Shown: positions 43,872-57,044 of the stretch, in pieces | Layout: every line of letters begins with the position of its first letter | Position numbering within the stretch: position 1 is the stretch's first letter | Program-made: the position numbers and the translations under genes | Notes under the pieces: model-generated | Database searches by the model: none | Told to the model about the DNA's origin: nothing | The model's input: only the letters and a program-made list of their open reading frames with translations | DNA from: an uncultured delta proteobacterium | Lineage (GTDB): Bacteria; Myxococcota; Kuafuiibacteriia; Kuafuiibacteriales; Kuafuiibacteriaceae | Assembly: GCA_963803435.1 (NCBI GenBank) | Contig: CAWDML010000001.1 | Span: 1,760,001-1,824,000, forward strand | Length of the DNA: 64,000 nucleotides | Reading direction: 5' to 3'

Positions 43872-46461
43872 ATGGCGATCACCATCATCGGCGCCGGACC
43901 GAGCGCCGAGAAGGCCGAGGACGTACTGCCGCGAGCCGAGGTCGACCTCCCCAACCCCGCGTCGGTGCCCGAGAACCACCGGCTCCTCGATCGGGCGCGG
44001 CTCACGTCGCTGCTCTCGCACGAGCGGCCGCTGATCCGGACGTACGCGCTCGAGCAGATCGCGCGGCGTGAGGGCGAGGACTGGGAGGATGCGCTGATCG
44101 GGGCCTCGGCGGACGTCGATCCGCTGGTGAGCGCCGAGGCGATCGCGATCCTGGGCCAACGCAAGTCCACCAAGGCGATCGAGCCGATCGCGAAGCGGTT
44201 CGAGACCGGCTCCGGCGAGCTGGCGGCGGTGGCGGCCAGCGCGCTGGGACAGATCGCGCCCGAGCGGCTCCTCGAGGTGATGAAGCTGCGGGGCCGCCTC
44301 GACGACGAGGCCTACGCGGCGACCGCGACCTCGATCGCGATCATCCCCTCGCCCGAGGTGATCGAGTTCCTTTCGAAGGCCCTCAACCGCGCGGGGGCGC
44401 TCTCACCGGAGCGGCGCGGCACGCTCTACGGTGCGGCCCTCCTCTCCGGAAACGTGGAGCTGTCGGCCCGCGTGATCGGGCTGGCGATCACCGACTCGCA
44501 GGAGGAGGAGCCCGAGGGCTCGGCCTTCCCCACGCGGGCGGCCCTCGGCGGGATCGCGGGCGTGCCGATGCAGCTGACCGCCAGGCCGGCCGGGCTCGAG
44601 CTGTTCGATCAGTCGCGCGAGATCCTGGAGAAGATCGTCCTGCCGCTGCTCGGCGAGGAGGACCGAAAGAACCTCGAGCAGGCGTTGAAGCTCAAGCGCG
44701 CCGGCGAGGTCCTCTCGGGGCTGGAGCCGGTGCTCTCGATGGCCGCGGCGCCGGCCGAGACGGACGAAGAGAAGCAGGACGTGGTCGAGGAGCTCGGGAC
44801 CATGCCCGAGCGCCGGCGCGGACTGCTCCGCGCGCTGATCGCCCGGGCCGACGCCATCGGCAAGCTGGAGCTCAACTCGGCGGCGCTGTTCGTGGCCGCC
44901 GCCGTCAAGGCCAGCGTGGTGATCGCGGCCGGAGGGGACGAGGCGTCGAGCGAGGCGGTGACGTCGCTGGCGAAGGCCCTCGAGGGTGAAGTGTCGTCCG
45001 AGCGGCTCGCGCACATGCGGACGGACGAGCTGACCGAGATCTTCCGGGCCAAGAGCCCGCGGGCGATGCGGCGGGTCCTGGCGGTGCTGACGCGGGAGAG
45101 CTTCCGGCGCTCGCGCACGCTGCTGCGCTTCGCCAAGGCGTCGATCCTCGGCGGGCACGCGAAGGAGCTCCTCGAGACCATGTCCGACGTGGAGGAGGTC
45201 GGGATCCAGAACCCGATCCTCGACGCGTTCGCGGCGTGTCCGGTGGCGTCGGAGGCTGCGGTCGTCGACGTCTTCGCCGAGCGGCCGCTCAACGAGAAGG
45301 TGCTCCCGTACGCGCTCGCCGTCGCCGAGGAGCTGCGCACCGAGCGAATCGGGCTGGCGATCGCGCGGCGGTTCTACGAGCTGCGGGACCACGGCCGCGC
45401 CGCCGTGGCGCGCACGCTGATGCGCGTGGCCGACCCGCGCGCGATCCCGCTGCTCGAGTCGCGCGCCTATCCGGAGGAAGCCGAGGAGGTGGCGTGGACG
45501 GTGCTGTCGCTGCTCGAGGGGAGACCGGTCGAGGGACGCCTCGAGGAGGCGCTCACGCGCACGATGGGCGGGCGCGACGACGGTCAGGGACTGCCGCTCC
45601 GAGTCCCGCTCCGCTGCAGGCGCTGCAACGAGACGCTCACCTACGCGTTCCGCCGGGCGTTCCTCGACGTCGAGGCCAAGGATCAGTGGGGTGACCCGGC
45701 GTTCGTCGGCGAGGTGAAGTGCAAGGCCTGTGGGTTCGACGAGGAGCCGTTCGAGCCCACCGAGACCGCGACGCAGATCCTCACCAGCCACATGATCGAG
45801 GTCCTGGCGGCGTCGCGGGCGGGACGGCCGGTCGACCGCGCGCTGGTGACGCCGGCCCAGACCACCGTGAAGGGCCAGCGCATGGGCTTCGCGCGGGCGT
45901 TGCGGACGCTCAATCAAGACGTCGCCGCCTCGCCCGGATCGATCCGCACCCGCCTTCACCGCGCGCGGATGCGGTTGATGCTGGAGCGACCGGGCGCCGC
46001 GGAGGACGTCGAGCGCGTGCTGGCGGAGGATCCGAACGCGGTCGAGGGCCTGACGCTGCGCGCTTCAATCGCGATGCGCGCTCAGGACTACGTGGCGGCG
46101 GCCGAGAGCGTGCTGGAGGCGATCAAGCGGCTCGACGACCCCGAGGGACCCCGGCTCTACGACGTGGAGGATCCGGGGCCCTTCCGGGAGAGCCTCGAGG
46201 AGCTGCTGGTCGATCTGCGACATCTCGGTGCGCCCATCCCGGAGAGCATCAGCCTGCAGGCCGCCGAGACCCGCCTGAGGATGCGCTCCCAAGAGATGGA
46301 GGCCCGGCGCGCCGAGTTCGAAGAGGACCGAGCCCCGCGGCCGCCGGCTCGGCAGGAGCGCCGCGAATCTCAATCCCGAGGTGCTGAAGAGGACCGGACG
46401 CAACGACCCCTGTCCGTGCGGAAGCGGCAAGAAGTTCAAGAAGTGCCACGGCGCGCAATAG
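43872..46461 (+). CDS. HEAT/TPR protein with Zn ribbon and C-terminal SEC-C motif (extra base near 46366)
   Basis: Changing GAATC to GATC gives ...[34 protein letters not shown]; CRRC and CKAC pairs. Confidence 0.82.
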
Positions 46462-47849
46462 CTCTCCTCATCGCCGCAGCGCTCACCGCGTGCCGGATCC
46501 TCCCCTCTCCGCCGCTCGAGAGCGCGCCGGGTACGGATCCAATTCCGGAGCACCCGGCGGGCCTGTCGGTCGAGGACGTCCGCGTCTTCTCCGCAAGCGG
46601 CGCCACCGCGGCCACCTTCTCGCTGCGGGGCGCCGCCACGTACGACGTCGGAGAGGACACGTTCAGCCGGCGCTCCTCTTACAACGCGTGGCGCGGCACC
46701 TGCCGGCTGACCCCAGCCGGGAGCGCCTGCTCGATCGAGCCGCACCGGGGCGTGCAGACCTCGACGATGGGGCTGGCGCTCTTGCCCGGTCCGCGCGGGC
46801 TGCGCGGCGCGTGGTTCGACGCCGCCGGCACGCTCGATCTGGTGGAGGGGGCCGCCGGGATCGCGGTGCGGGCGGGGACGCGGACGCTCGCCGAGGTCGC
46901 GTTCGATCGGCGGCCGCCGTCGGGCTGGATCGATCAGCGGCTGGGTGGGATCCAGCGGGCGCGGATCGCGCCTCTGCTGCTCGCGCTGGCGGCGCTTCCG
47001 GATCCGCGCGCGCTCTTCTCGAACGCCGAGGTCGCCGTCGGGACCGCCACCCCCGCCGTCTCGAGGGCGTCGATGAAGGCGTTGCTCGGCCCGGATCTCG
47101 AGGAGCTCGGGCGCGGCCCGCCGGAGCCTGCGTACGGCCCCGACACGAGGTTCTGGCGGGCCTTCTTCTTCGTGGCCGAGCTGGTCGGCGTCGGCGGCAG
47201 CTTTCCGATTGCGACCCCGCTGCCCGACGAAGGTGCGCCGGCCCGCCTCTCGCCGCGCGCCGCCTACAGCGTCTACACCGGCGTCGATTACGCCGACTTC
47301 ATCCAGCTCCTCGCCGGCGTCGAGAGCCGCTCGATCGCGTTCGACGCGGGCGAGCTCGCCAAGGTCTCGCCGCCGGGCGGGTTCGAGGTGCACGGACACA
47401 TCCGGCTCGCCCTCACCGGCCGGGTCACGTTCTTCCGCGCGGGCGCGTTCGCCTCGTATCTCGGCCTCGAGCGGGTCTGGCTGGTGACCGACACGACCTC
47501 GATCCTCTTCCAGACGGCCGACATCGATCCGGCGGCGCACACCGGCTATTCCGTGACCGCGCAGTTCCACGGCAGCGGGTGGGCGCCGCTGTTCGGGCTC
47601 AAGTATCGGTTCGGGCCGGTCCTGCACGGCGGGGACTGGTGGAGCGGCGTCTCCAGCGACGTGCTGCTCGAGGGGCGCTACGAGTCGATCGAGTGGGGCG
47701 TGCCGAAGATCGTCTTCCAGACCCTCGGCAACGATCCGGCGATCGCGGATCGAGCGCTCGGGACCGCAACGGCGTGGTTGAACACCTATCCGACACCGCG
47801 ACGCACGCACCACGTCGGCTTCCGGCTCGCGCTCCAGGTCAGGTTTTGA
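46443..47849 (+). CDS. Hypothetical lipoprotein with barrel-like C-terminus
   Basis: GTG start, [17 protein letters not shown] lipobox; ends LQVRF. Confidence 0.7.
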   Translation: MPRRAIALLIAAALTACRILPSPPLESAPGTDPIPEHPAGLSVEDVRVFSASGATAATFSLRGAATYDVGEDTFSRRSSYNAWRGTCRLTPAGSACSIEPHRGVQTSTMGLALLPGPRGLRGAWFDAAGTLDLVEGAAGIAVRAGTRTLAEVAFDRRPPSGWIDQRLGGIQRARIAPLLLALAALPDPRALFSNAEVAVGTATPAVSRASMKALLGPDLEELGRGPPEPAYGPDTRFWRAFFFVAELVGVGGSFPIATPLPDEGAPARLSPRAAYSVYTGVDYADFIQLLAGVESRSIAFDAGELAKVSPPGGFEVHGHIRLALTGRVTFFRAGAFASYLGLERVWLVTDTTSILFQTADIDPAAHTGYSVTAQFHGSGWAPLFGLKYRFGPVLHGGDWWSGVSSDVLLEGRYESIEWGVPKIVFQTLGNDPAIADRALGTATAWLNTYPTPRRTHHVGFRLALQVRF

Positions 47850-47964
47850 GGCGGCTTGTGCGTCCTCGAGTGCACACGCCGGCCAGCCGCTCGAGACCGC
47901 GCCGCGCGCCGCTTTTCGCGTAGTGGGTGTGCGCGGCCTGCGGATCTGCTAGCGAGAGCGCCGC

Positions 47965-48612
47965 ATGACTTTGACGTTCTACTACGGATCCGGATCTCCC
48001 TACGCCTGGCGCGTGTGGCTCGGCCTCGAGCACAAGCAGGTGCCCTACGAGCAGAAAGTCCTGTCGTTCTCGGCAGGAGACCACAGAAAGCCCGAGTTCC
48101 TCGCCATCAACCCGCGGCACAAGGTGCCGGTGATCATCGACGACGGCTTCGCGCTCCACGAGTCGTCGGCGATCCTCGAGTACCTCGACGAGCGGTTCCC
48201 CGATGGCCCACCGCTGTTTCCGGGCGACGTCCGCGCCCGCGCGATCGCGCGGCGCCTCATCCGTGAGGCGGACACGTACGTCATGGAGTCGTCGAGCGAC
48301 CTCACGGGCGAGCTCTTCTCCACGAAGCCAGCCGCCGACTGGGATCAGGAGAAGATCGCGGGCGGGAAGCAGAAGGTGCTGGAGGAGCTCGCGCGCTTCG
48401 AGGGCTACCTGACTAACGAGTGGCTGGCCGGCCCGCGAGTGAGCGCCGCCGATCTCTCGCTCTACCCGATGCTCGCGACGCTCGGGCGGCTCGAGAAGAA
48501 GAAGCCGGACCTGGGCCTGCTGGCCGCGCTACCGCCCAAGGTGGCCGGCTGGTTCGAGCGCTTCAAGGCGTTGCCGTACGCCGACAAGACCTATCCGCCG
48601 CACTGGCGCTAG
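47965..48612 (+). CDS. Glutathione S-transferase
   Basis: SPYAWRV, INPRHKVP, ESSAILEYL and SAADL motifs. Confidence 0.93.
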   Translation: MTLTFYYGSGSPYAWRVWLGLEHKQVPYEQKVLSFSAGDHRKPEFLAINPRHKVPVIIDDGFALHESSAILEYLDERFPDGPPLFPGDVRARAIARRLIREADTYVMESSSDLTGELFSTKPAADWDQEKIAGGKQKVLEELARFEGYLTNEWLAGPRVSAADLSLYPMLATLGRLEKKKPDLGLLAALPPKVAGWFERFKALPYADKTYPPHWR

Positions 48613-49847
48613 GAGCGTGTAGCGCGTAGCGCTACCGCGAGCCCGGTCCTCGGCGGTGTTGTTCACGATGGAATCGGATGCCCGCCGAAGCTGATCGCGG
48701 ACGTGAGCGTGACCGGGTTGCAGTTCTTGTGCGATCTCTTCAGCGATGTCGGCATACTCGACGGCGAGCTGGTAGACCTCGAGCTTCTCGTGATCGAGAG
48801 TGACCATGCAAGCTAGCTTGCGGTAGCTCGTCCACTTGACCAGCAGGAGTTCTTGGAGGTCGTTTCGTCTGGAATCGATCGTTGGGCGGATCGACTTCGA
48901 CGCCTGGACTTGATCGAAGTCCTGAAGCTTTGCCAGAAAGCAGGTTTGGTGCGGCTCGGACACGTCGCACTCGATGGCTCGAAGGTGCAGGCGAACGCGA
49001 GCAAGCACAAGGCGATGACCTACGAGCGGATGACCGAGGAGGAGAAGCGGCTGTCTCTCGAGATCGAAGAACTGCTGGAGCGAGCGCGCACGATCGACCA
49101 AGAGGAAGACGAGCGGCTGGGCGTTGAAGAGACTGAAGAGGACATCCCAGCGGAGCTCGCTCGCCGTGAATCCCGCCTTGCCCGCATTCGAGAAGCGAAG
49201 GCTGCGCTGGAACAGGATGCCGCCAGGGCTCGCGCGGAGAAATTGCGCAGGCAAGCCGAAGAGCAGCAGAGCAAAGCGGATGATGCTCTTGTGGATCGGG
49301 TGGAGCAGAAGCGAGCGAGAACTCGAGCCGAGAAGGCAAGAGCGCAGGCTGACCAGCTCGAACCATCCCCAGACCCAACTGAACGAAGTGATGGATGGCC
49401 GCATCATCGCGTTCCTGCAAATGTGGACGGCACACCGAGGCCCCACGCTCAGAGGAACTTCACCGACTCAGACAGCATGATCATGTTGAAGGAGGGAGCG
49501 TACCTCCAGGCCTACAATGCCAAGTTGTCGTAGATGAGCACGCTCAGGTGATTGTCGCCGAAGGGGTCAGCAACCAGGCACCTGATCAGCAACACCTCGT
49601 CCGTCGAACCGGCGCTCGGACAGATCAAAGCGGCACGAGGATTCCGCCGGTTCTCGCTAGGCTCCTTCTTCAAGGTACGAGCCGAGTGGACGCTCGTCTG
49701 CCTCACCCACAACCTGCTCAAGCTCTACCGATCGAAGCTCGCGACCGTCGCGAGCGTCTGACTCAAGGCAGCCATCTTCAGATCGGGACCCGGACCGGGA
49801 CCGGGACCCGGACCGGGGTCGCGTGAGCGCTTACGTGCTACACGCTC
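48613..49847. mobile_element. IS1182-derived element, copy 2 (1235 bp), with two internal deletions
   Basis: CTAG at 48609 and 49848; same ends as copy 1; lacks copy-1 segments ~21475-21718 and ~22672-22938. Confidence 0.95.
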
Positions 49848-49857
49848 CTAGGCCGGC

Positions 49858-51160
49858 TCAGCCCCCTCGGGCCGCGCCGAACGATCGCTCGAACAGACCG
49901 TGGATGGCCTGCTGGCCCTCCTCGGTGAGGAAGCGCGTGCCGGTGCCGACGAAGCGGGTCCGGGTGATCCGGGGCGGATCGACGGGCTGCCAGCCGGTGT
50001 CGATGGCGCGGAGCCAGCCCCGCTTCTCCTGATCGTATACGTGCACGGGCTTCTTGAAGTGCCGCGCCAGCTCGGCGGCCCAGCCCGTGCCGCCGTGCAC
50101 GATGCCGTCATCGGTGATCGTGCCGACTACGAAGACCTCCTGCGCCGACTCGACCTGGTGCCAGATCGTCTGGAGCATCTTCTGGAACTGGGGGGTGCGC
50201 GGGAAGCGCCGGTGGAGCTGCGCGTCCACGTAGGCGGGGCTGACCGCGCCGCGGTGGAGCTCGGAATCGTCGAGCTCGACCAGGCCGCGCGTGCGCTGCG
50301 TGGTCCGCCCTGCGAAGGAGTACGTCACCTCGGCCACGCCGAGCGCCTCGGCGAGCGCGCCGAACGCGGCCTCGGCGCCGGGTGCGCCCCCCGACACCAG
50401 CGTATAAGCGGCCGCCACCAGACGCGGCGGGTGGAGGTCGGCCGTCCCGCCGACCACCAGTCGAAACGTATCGGGCGTGAGGATGAGCGGAGGCTCGTCG
50501 CTGACCGGGTGGCCGTGATCCTTGAGCAGCCGGACGCTGATCTGATCGTGGTGCGGCTCGAGGAAGAGCGCCACGTCGATCAGATCCGCGCAGGGCTCGC
50601 ACGGGGGGGCGATCGTCTTGGGATGTGCAGGCGTCATGCCGCGATGCGTCTGCGCGCTCATCCACAGCTCGGCGTCGATGCGCTTGGCGATGGCCTTGAG
50701 GGCGCCGATGTCGGCGGACGTCTCGGCAAGCGGGCGCTCCCAGTCGAAGCCGTCGATCAGGATGGCCGCCGGCTTGAACTCGAGGTGCTGTCCGTACAAC
50801 GCCAGCGCCTTCTCCACCTGATCCGGCGCCGAGGCGGTCGCCGGCACCGCATGGATGATCCGCGAGCGCTCGACCTTGGTGCGCTCGGTCTCGCGGGACT
50901 CGAGCTTGCTGAGCCGGGCCAGATCGTCGAAGAGCGCGTCGTACCAGCACTGCACGTGATCGACGGTCTGGTCCAGCGAGACGTGGAGGACCTGCCGCTC
51001 GCGCATGAGATCGTCGAGGCCGATCTGCACCAGGCAACGCGGTCTTGCCCACGCCCGCCCGCGCCATCACCACGCCCAGGTTGCCCCGCCCGAGCCCGCC
51101 GTGGATCGACCGCTCGAGGATCCGGAGCGGGCTGTGCTCGTTCACTTCCTTCCTGTACAT
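49858..51160 (-). CDS. KaiC/RecA-like P-loop protein fused to a SLOG-like domain (1-nt frameshift near 51036)
   Basis: GGLGRG...ARAGVGKT Walker A; ILIDG; C-terminal SGGAPGAE, GGTGWA and GTGTR. Confidence 0.75.
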
Positions 51161-51174
51161 GCGTCTCGTCCCCC

Positions 51175-53292
<2,118 letters not shown>

Positions 53293-53376
53293 GTCACGGC
53301 TTCGTGATGCAAGCGATCGAATCTGTAAAGCGTCAAAGATGTCACCGGGCGGCACTCGTGCTATCCCGCGGCGACC

Positions 53377-54081
53377 ATGGCTAAGGTGTTCACGACCTGG
53401 ACGGTGCTCCCTCACGGGCCCCTCGAGAAGCTCTCGGAGAACCTCTGGCGGCTCGAAGGGACGATGCCCGACGGGACCACCAAGCGCGTGATGTCGCTGG
53501 TGCGACTGCAGGATGGGCGGATCCTGCTGCACAACGCGATCGCGCTGGAAGAAGACCTGATGGCGGAAATCCAGGGCTGGGGAACGCCGGCCGCGATCCT
53601 GGTCCCCAACGGGTTCCACCGTCAGGACGCCCGGATCATGAAGGACCGCTTCTCGGAGGCGAAGGTCTACTGCCCCACCGGCGCGACGAAGGCGGTCACC
53701 GCGGTGGTGCCGGTGGACGGCAACTACGACGCCGCGCCCCAGGACGAGAGCGTGAAGGTTCGGCACCTGGCGGGGATGAAGGAGCGCGAGGGCGTGGTCG
53801 AGGTGAGCTCGGAGGACGGCCGCTCCGTCATCTTCTGCGACACCCTCTTGAACCTGAAGGACGCGCCCCACGTCTTCAAGCTGTTCCTGTCGCCGCTCGG
53901 CCGCCCCAGCGTCCCGCTCTTCATGCGGTGGTTTCTGATCAACCAGAAGAAGGCGCTCAAGGCGGACCTCGAGACGATGGCCGCGCAAGAGGGCTTGCGC
54001 AGGCTGATCCCAGGCCACGGGCAGATGGTCGACAGCGACGCCCGCACGGCGCTCTCGACCGCCGCCGCCGGGCTCGGCTGA
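53377..54081 (+). CDS. DUF4336-like metallo-beta-lactamase-fold protein
   Basis: VRLQDG, VPNGFH, CD and IPGHG motifs. Confidence 0.75.
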   Translation: MAKVFTTWTVLPHGPLEKLSENLWRLEGTMPDGTTKRVMSLVRLQDGRILLHNAIALEEDLMAEIQGWGTPAAILVPNGFHRQDARIMKDRFSEAKVYCPTGATKAVTAVVPVDGNYDAAPQDESVKVRHLAGMKEREGVVEVSSEDGRSVIFCDTLLNLKDAPHVFKLFLSPLGRPSVPLFMRWFLINQKKALKADLETMAAQEGLRRLIPGHGQMVDSDARTALSTAAAGLG

Positions 54082-54195
54082 GCAACCGCCTGCCTGCCGC
54101 CCGAGGATCGCGCGCAATCGCTTGCTCGGGAGCCGCCCGTCTCAACCTGGATCACGAGCGATCACGCCGGGTGTACGCCTTGCGAGAGCCCTCGC

Positions 54196-56043
54196 GTGCG
54201 CTCGAACGTCCCTTTGGTAGGACTCGCCCTCCTCGCCTGCGCGTGCAGCCCCTCGGGTGACCGCTTCGAGATCCGGGCCGGCGGGGGCAACGTCCGCGGC
54301 GGCGGCGGCGGGATCGAGATGCGCTCGTTCGGCCTCCGCACCCGCACCGGCACCGTCGTGACCACCGGCCTCGGGCTGTCTCTGCTCGCCACCGTCGACG
54401 CGCCCGAGCACGACGGCGTCGTCCTGCAAGCCACCGACGTCGCCTGGTCCGGCAACTACGTCTACGCCAGCTACAATGTCCGCGGCGACACGTTCCTGGG
54501 CGCGCTCCAGATCATCGACGTCTCCGATCCTTCGCTCCCCACCGTGGTCGCCGAGGCGATCTATCCCAACACGGATCTCGCCAAGCTCGCGGTCTCGGGG
54601 CAGAGGATCCTGGTGGCCGGCGCGGACGCCGCCGAGGGCGGCACGCTCGAGCTGTTCACGCTCGACGGCGGTGAGCTCACGTTCGATCAATATCTGACCG
54701 TCGGGAGCTACGCCGCCACGTACGTCGATCTCCACGGATACGAGGCGTACGTCAGCTTCGGCGACGCCGGCGGTGGTGTCGCAGTCTACGATCTGTCGAG
54801 CGGGCAACCGGCCGCCGTCGCGAGCATCCCCCTCGCCGACGCGCGCTGGGTCGACGCGATCGCGGCCGACGACATCGTGACGGTGGCGGGCGCGCCGAGC
54901 CGGTTGACCCGATTCTCGGGCATCGGCTCGGCGGCCCCTGGAACCACCACCACCCCGATCGACGGCGGCGACATCGGCGCCCCCACCTGGGGTGAGCGGC
55001 GCGAGAGCCTGGCGTTCATCTCCTCCGACACCGCCGGGCTCCTGGTCTTCGACCTCAGCACGATGGCCGAGGTCGGCAGCCTCTCCACCAGCGGCAACAG
55101 CAACGGCCTGGCGCTGGCGCTCGACGGGCGTCTCGCGTTCCTCGCCAACGGTGAGGAGGGGTTGGTGGTCGCTGACGTCCTCGATCCCGCGTCGCCGATC
55201 GCGGTCGCCTCGATCGACGTGGCCGGCGACGCGGGGAGCGCGAATGCGGTCGCGATCAGCGGTGATCATCTCGCGCTGGCCGACGGCCTGGGCGGGGTCA
55301 AGATCCTTCAGTACCAGCGCCAGGCCTCGGCGCCGCCCGACGACTGCGACGGCGACGGCGTTCCGGACGATCAAGACGCGGACGACGACGATGACGGCGT
55401 GCTGGACGAGGACGACTACGATCGGTGTGATCCGTCGATCGTCTGCGCGCCCGGGATGATCGATCACCAGGGCCGCTTCGTCGGCGACTTCTTCAACCTC
55501 CCCTGCGACCACCCCGACGTCGCCGGCCCCATCACCGGCCTCGTCACCGGTACACTCCCGACTGACTTCGACTGGTACGATCCGCAGTACTACGTGTACT
55601 CGATCGAGCGGGACTCGCTCGTGATCCCGTACTCGCAGAACTACTTCCCGGTCGACACCGGCCTCTGCGGCGATCCCTTCTACTTCGCGGCGCACTGGTA
55701 CACGACGGCCATCGCCTCCGCGGACGGCGACTACACGTTCGAGGTCGGCAGCGACGACGACAGCTGGGTGTTCGTCGACGGTGATCTGGTATCGGACCTC
55801 GGCGGCATCCACGCGCTCCAGCGGCAGTCGAACACGATCCACCTCACCGCCGGCCCGCACCGCCTCGACATCTACTTCGCCGAGCGCCACGTGGTGCAGA
55901 GCGGGCTCGAGTTCGAGGTCGTCGGCGTGGCGCCGGGCGCGCGGCTCGAGACGATCCACCACCTGTGCCTCGACCCGAACGGCGACGAGGACGGCGACGG
56001 CGTCCCGAACGGCAGCGACCTGGCGCCGCTGATCCGCCCGTGA
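54196..56043 (+). CDS. Lipoprotein with LVIVD propeller, TSP3-like Ca-binding repeats and PA14/fibro-slime domain
   Basis: LQIIDVSDP, LVVADVLDP, DCDGDGVPD and SDDDSWVFVDG...DLGGIH...FAERH. Confidence 0.85.
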   Translation: MRSNVPLVGLALLACACSPSGDRFEIRAGGGNVRGGGGGIEMRSFGLRTRTGTVVTTGLGLSLLATVDAPEHDGVVLQATDVAWSGNYVYASYNVRGDTFLGALQIIDVSDPSLPTVVAEAIYPNTDLAKLAVSGQRILVAGADAAEGGTLELFTLDGGELTFDQYLTVGSYAATYVDLHGYEAYVSFGDAGGGVAVYDLSSGQPAAVASIPLADARWVDAIAADDIVTVAGAPSRLTRFSGIGSAAPGTTTTPIDGGDIGAPTWGERRESLAFISSDTAGLLVFDLSTMAEVGSLSTSGNSNGLALALDGRLAFLANGEEGLVVADVLDPASPIAVASIDVAGDAGSANAVAISGDHLALADGLGGVKILQYQRQASAPPDDCDGDGVPDDQDADDDDDGVLDEDDYDRCDPSIVCAPGMIDHQGRFVGDFFNLPCDHPDVAGPITGLVTGTLPTDFDWYDPQYYVYSIERDSLVIPYSQNYFPVDTGLCGDPFYFAAHWYTTAIASADGDYTFEVGSDDDSWVFVDGDLVSDLGGIHALQRQSNTIHLTAGPHRLDIYFAERHVVQSGLEFEVVGVAPGARLETIHHLCLDPNGDEDGDGVPNGSDLAPLIRP

Positions 56044-56044
56044 G

Positions 56045-56431
56045 TCACTCGCGGACGATCTTCTGCACCTCGGGCGGAAAGTCGGACAGCTCCTGCACCT
56101 GGCGAACCTCGATCACGTCGCCGTCCATGCCGGGGATCCGCGAGGCCCACTGGTACGCCTCTTCCTTCGACTTCACCTGGATCATCCAGTAGCCGCCGAT
56201 CACCTCCTTCGCCTCGGCGAAGGGCGCGTCGGTCACCACGTGCTTCCCGCCCGAGACCTTGATGCGGCGGCCCTCCGACGGCGGGCGGAGGCCGTCGAGC
56301 GCCAGCAGCACGCCGGCCTTCTTGAGCTCGTCGTTGTAGCGGGCCATCGCCTCGAAGATCTCGGTTCCGGGCGTCACCGTCTCGGCGCCGGGCTGGTAGA
56401 CCTTCGGGATCATCACCATCATGAATCGCAT
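56045..56431 (-). CDS. YciI/DGPF-family protein
   Basis: GLRPPSEG, DAPFAEAKEVIGGYW and IEVR motifs. Confidence 0.9.
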   Translation of the reverse strand: MRFMMVMIPKVYQPGAETVTPGTEIFEAMARYNDELKKAGVLLALDGLRPPSEGRRIKVSGGKHVVTDAPFAEAKEVIGGYWMIQVKSKEEAYQWASRIPGMDGDVIEVRQVQELSDFPPEVQKIVRE

Positions 56432-56482
56432 CGTCGTCTCCTGGGTTTGGGGCCGGGTTGGCCGGCCGGGTTCTACTCCGGC

Positions 56483-56509
56483 GTCGAACCACGATCCCGA
56501 GGATCGACA
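56483..56509 (-). promoter_or_regulatory. ECF42-like promoter
   Basis: TGTCGA-N17-CGAC upstream of a DGPF gene, preceded by an A-tract. Confidence 0.6.
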
Positions 56510-56543
56510 GCGCGATTATTTTTTTTGAAGGCGCTGGTTCCCC

Positions 56544-56987
56544 TCAGCGTGTCTTCTTGACGCGGGACCGATAGGCCTTCGGAACCTTGTCCAGATGATC
56601 GACGATGTGCACGACGCCCTGGTCGTCGGTGAACGTGTAGAAGACGTCATCGCCGAGCTGGGCGCGCCGCTCGACCTCGCGCACCACCCGGTCCGCCTCC
56701 TTTTGCGTCGAGACGGGCAAGAGCGCGCGACCGGTCTGGGTGAACGTCAAGAACGCGCCCACGGCCAGCACCACCACCGCCACGCCGAGCAGCGCCTTGA
56801 CCATGCCGCGATACGAGCGCTCCGGGCGCACCTCCATCACTTCCCCCCTCGAGGCCGGGGCGGCCTCGCCGAGCTCCAGGTCAGGCCAGGCCTCCGGCTG
56901 GGCGCCCGAGTCGGGCGGCGCCTCCCGATTCACCTCGTCGACCGCCTCGGCGACCTTGGCCGCGATCGGATCGTCGGGCGTGCTCAT
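56544..56987 (-). CDS. Hypothetical single-TM protein with DUF4124-like C-terminus
   Basis: YTFTDDQGVVHIVD...VPKAYR. Confidence 0.7.
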   Translation of the reverse strand: MSTPDDPIAAKVAEAVDEVNREAPPDSGAQPEAWPDLELGEAAPASRGEVMEVRPERSYRGMVKALLGVAVVVLAVGAFLTFTQTGRALLPVSTQKEADRVVREVERRAQLGDDVFYTFTDDQGVVHIVDHLDKVPKAYRSRVKKTR

Positions 56988-57044
56988 CTCGATATCATAG
57001 CCCGTTCTCGGGTCAGCGCGCGAAGGCGATGGCGGCCAAGTCTC

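Noticed and set aside
43872-47849. 1325-aa fusion ORF in the track
   Set aside because: One extra base hides the SEC-C ending, and an internal lipoprotein signal marks a second gene
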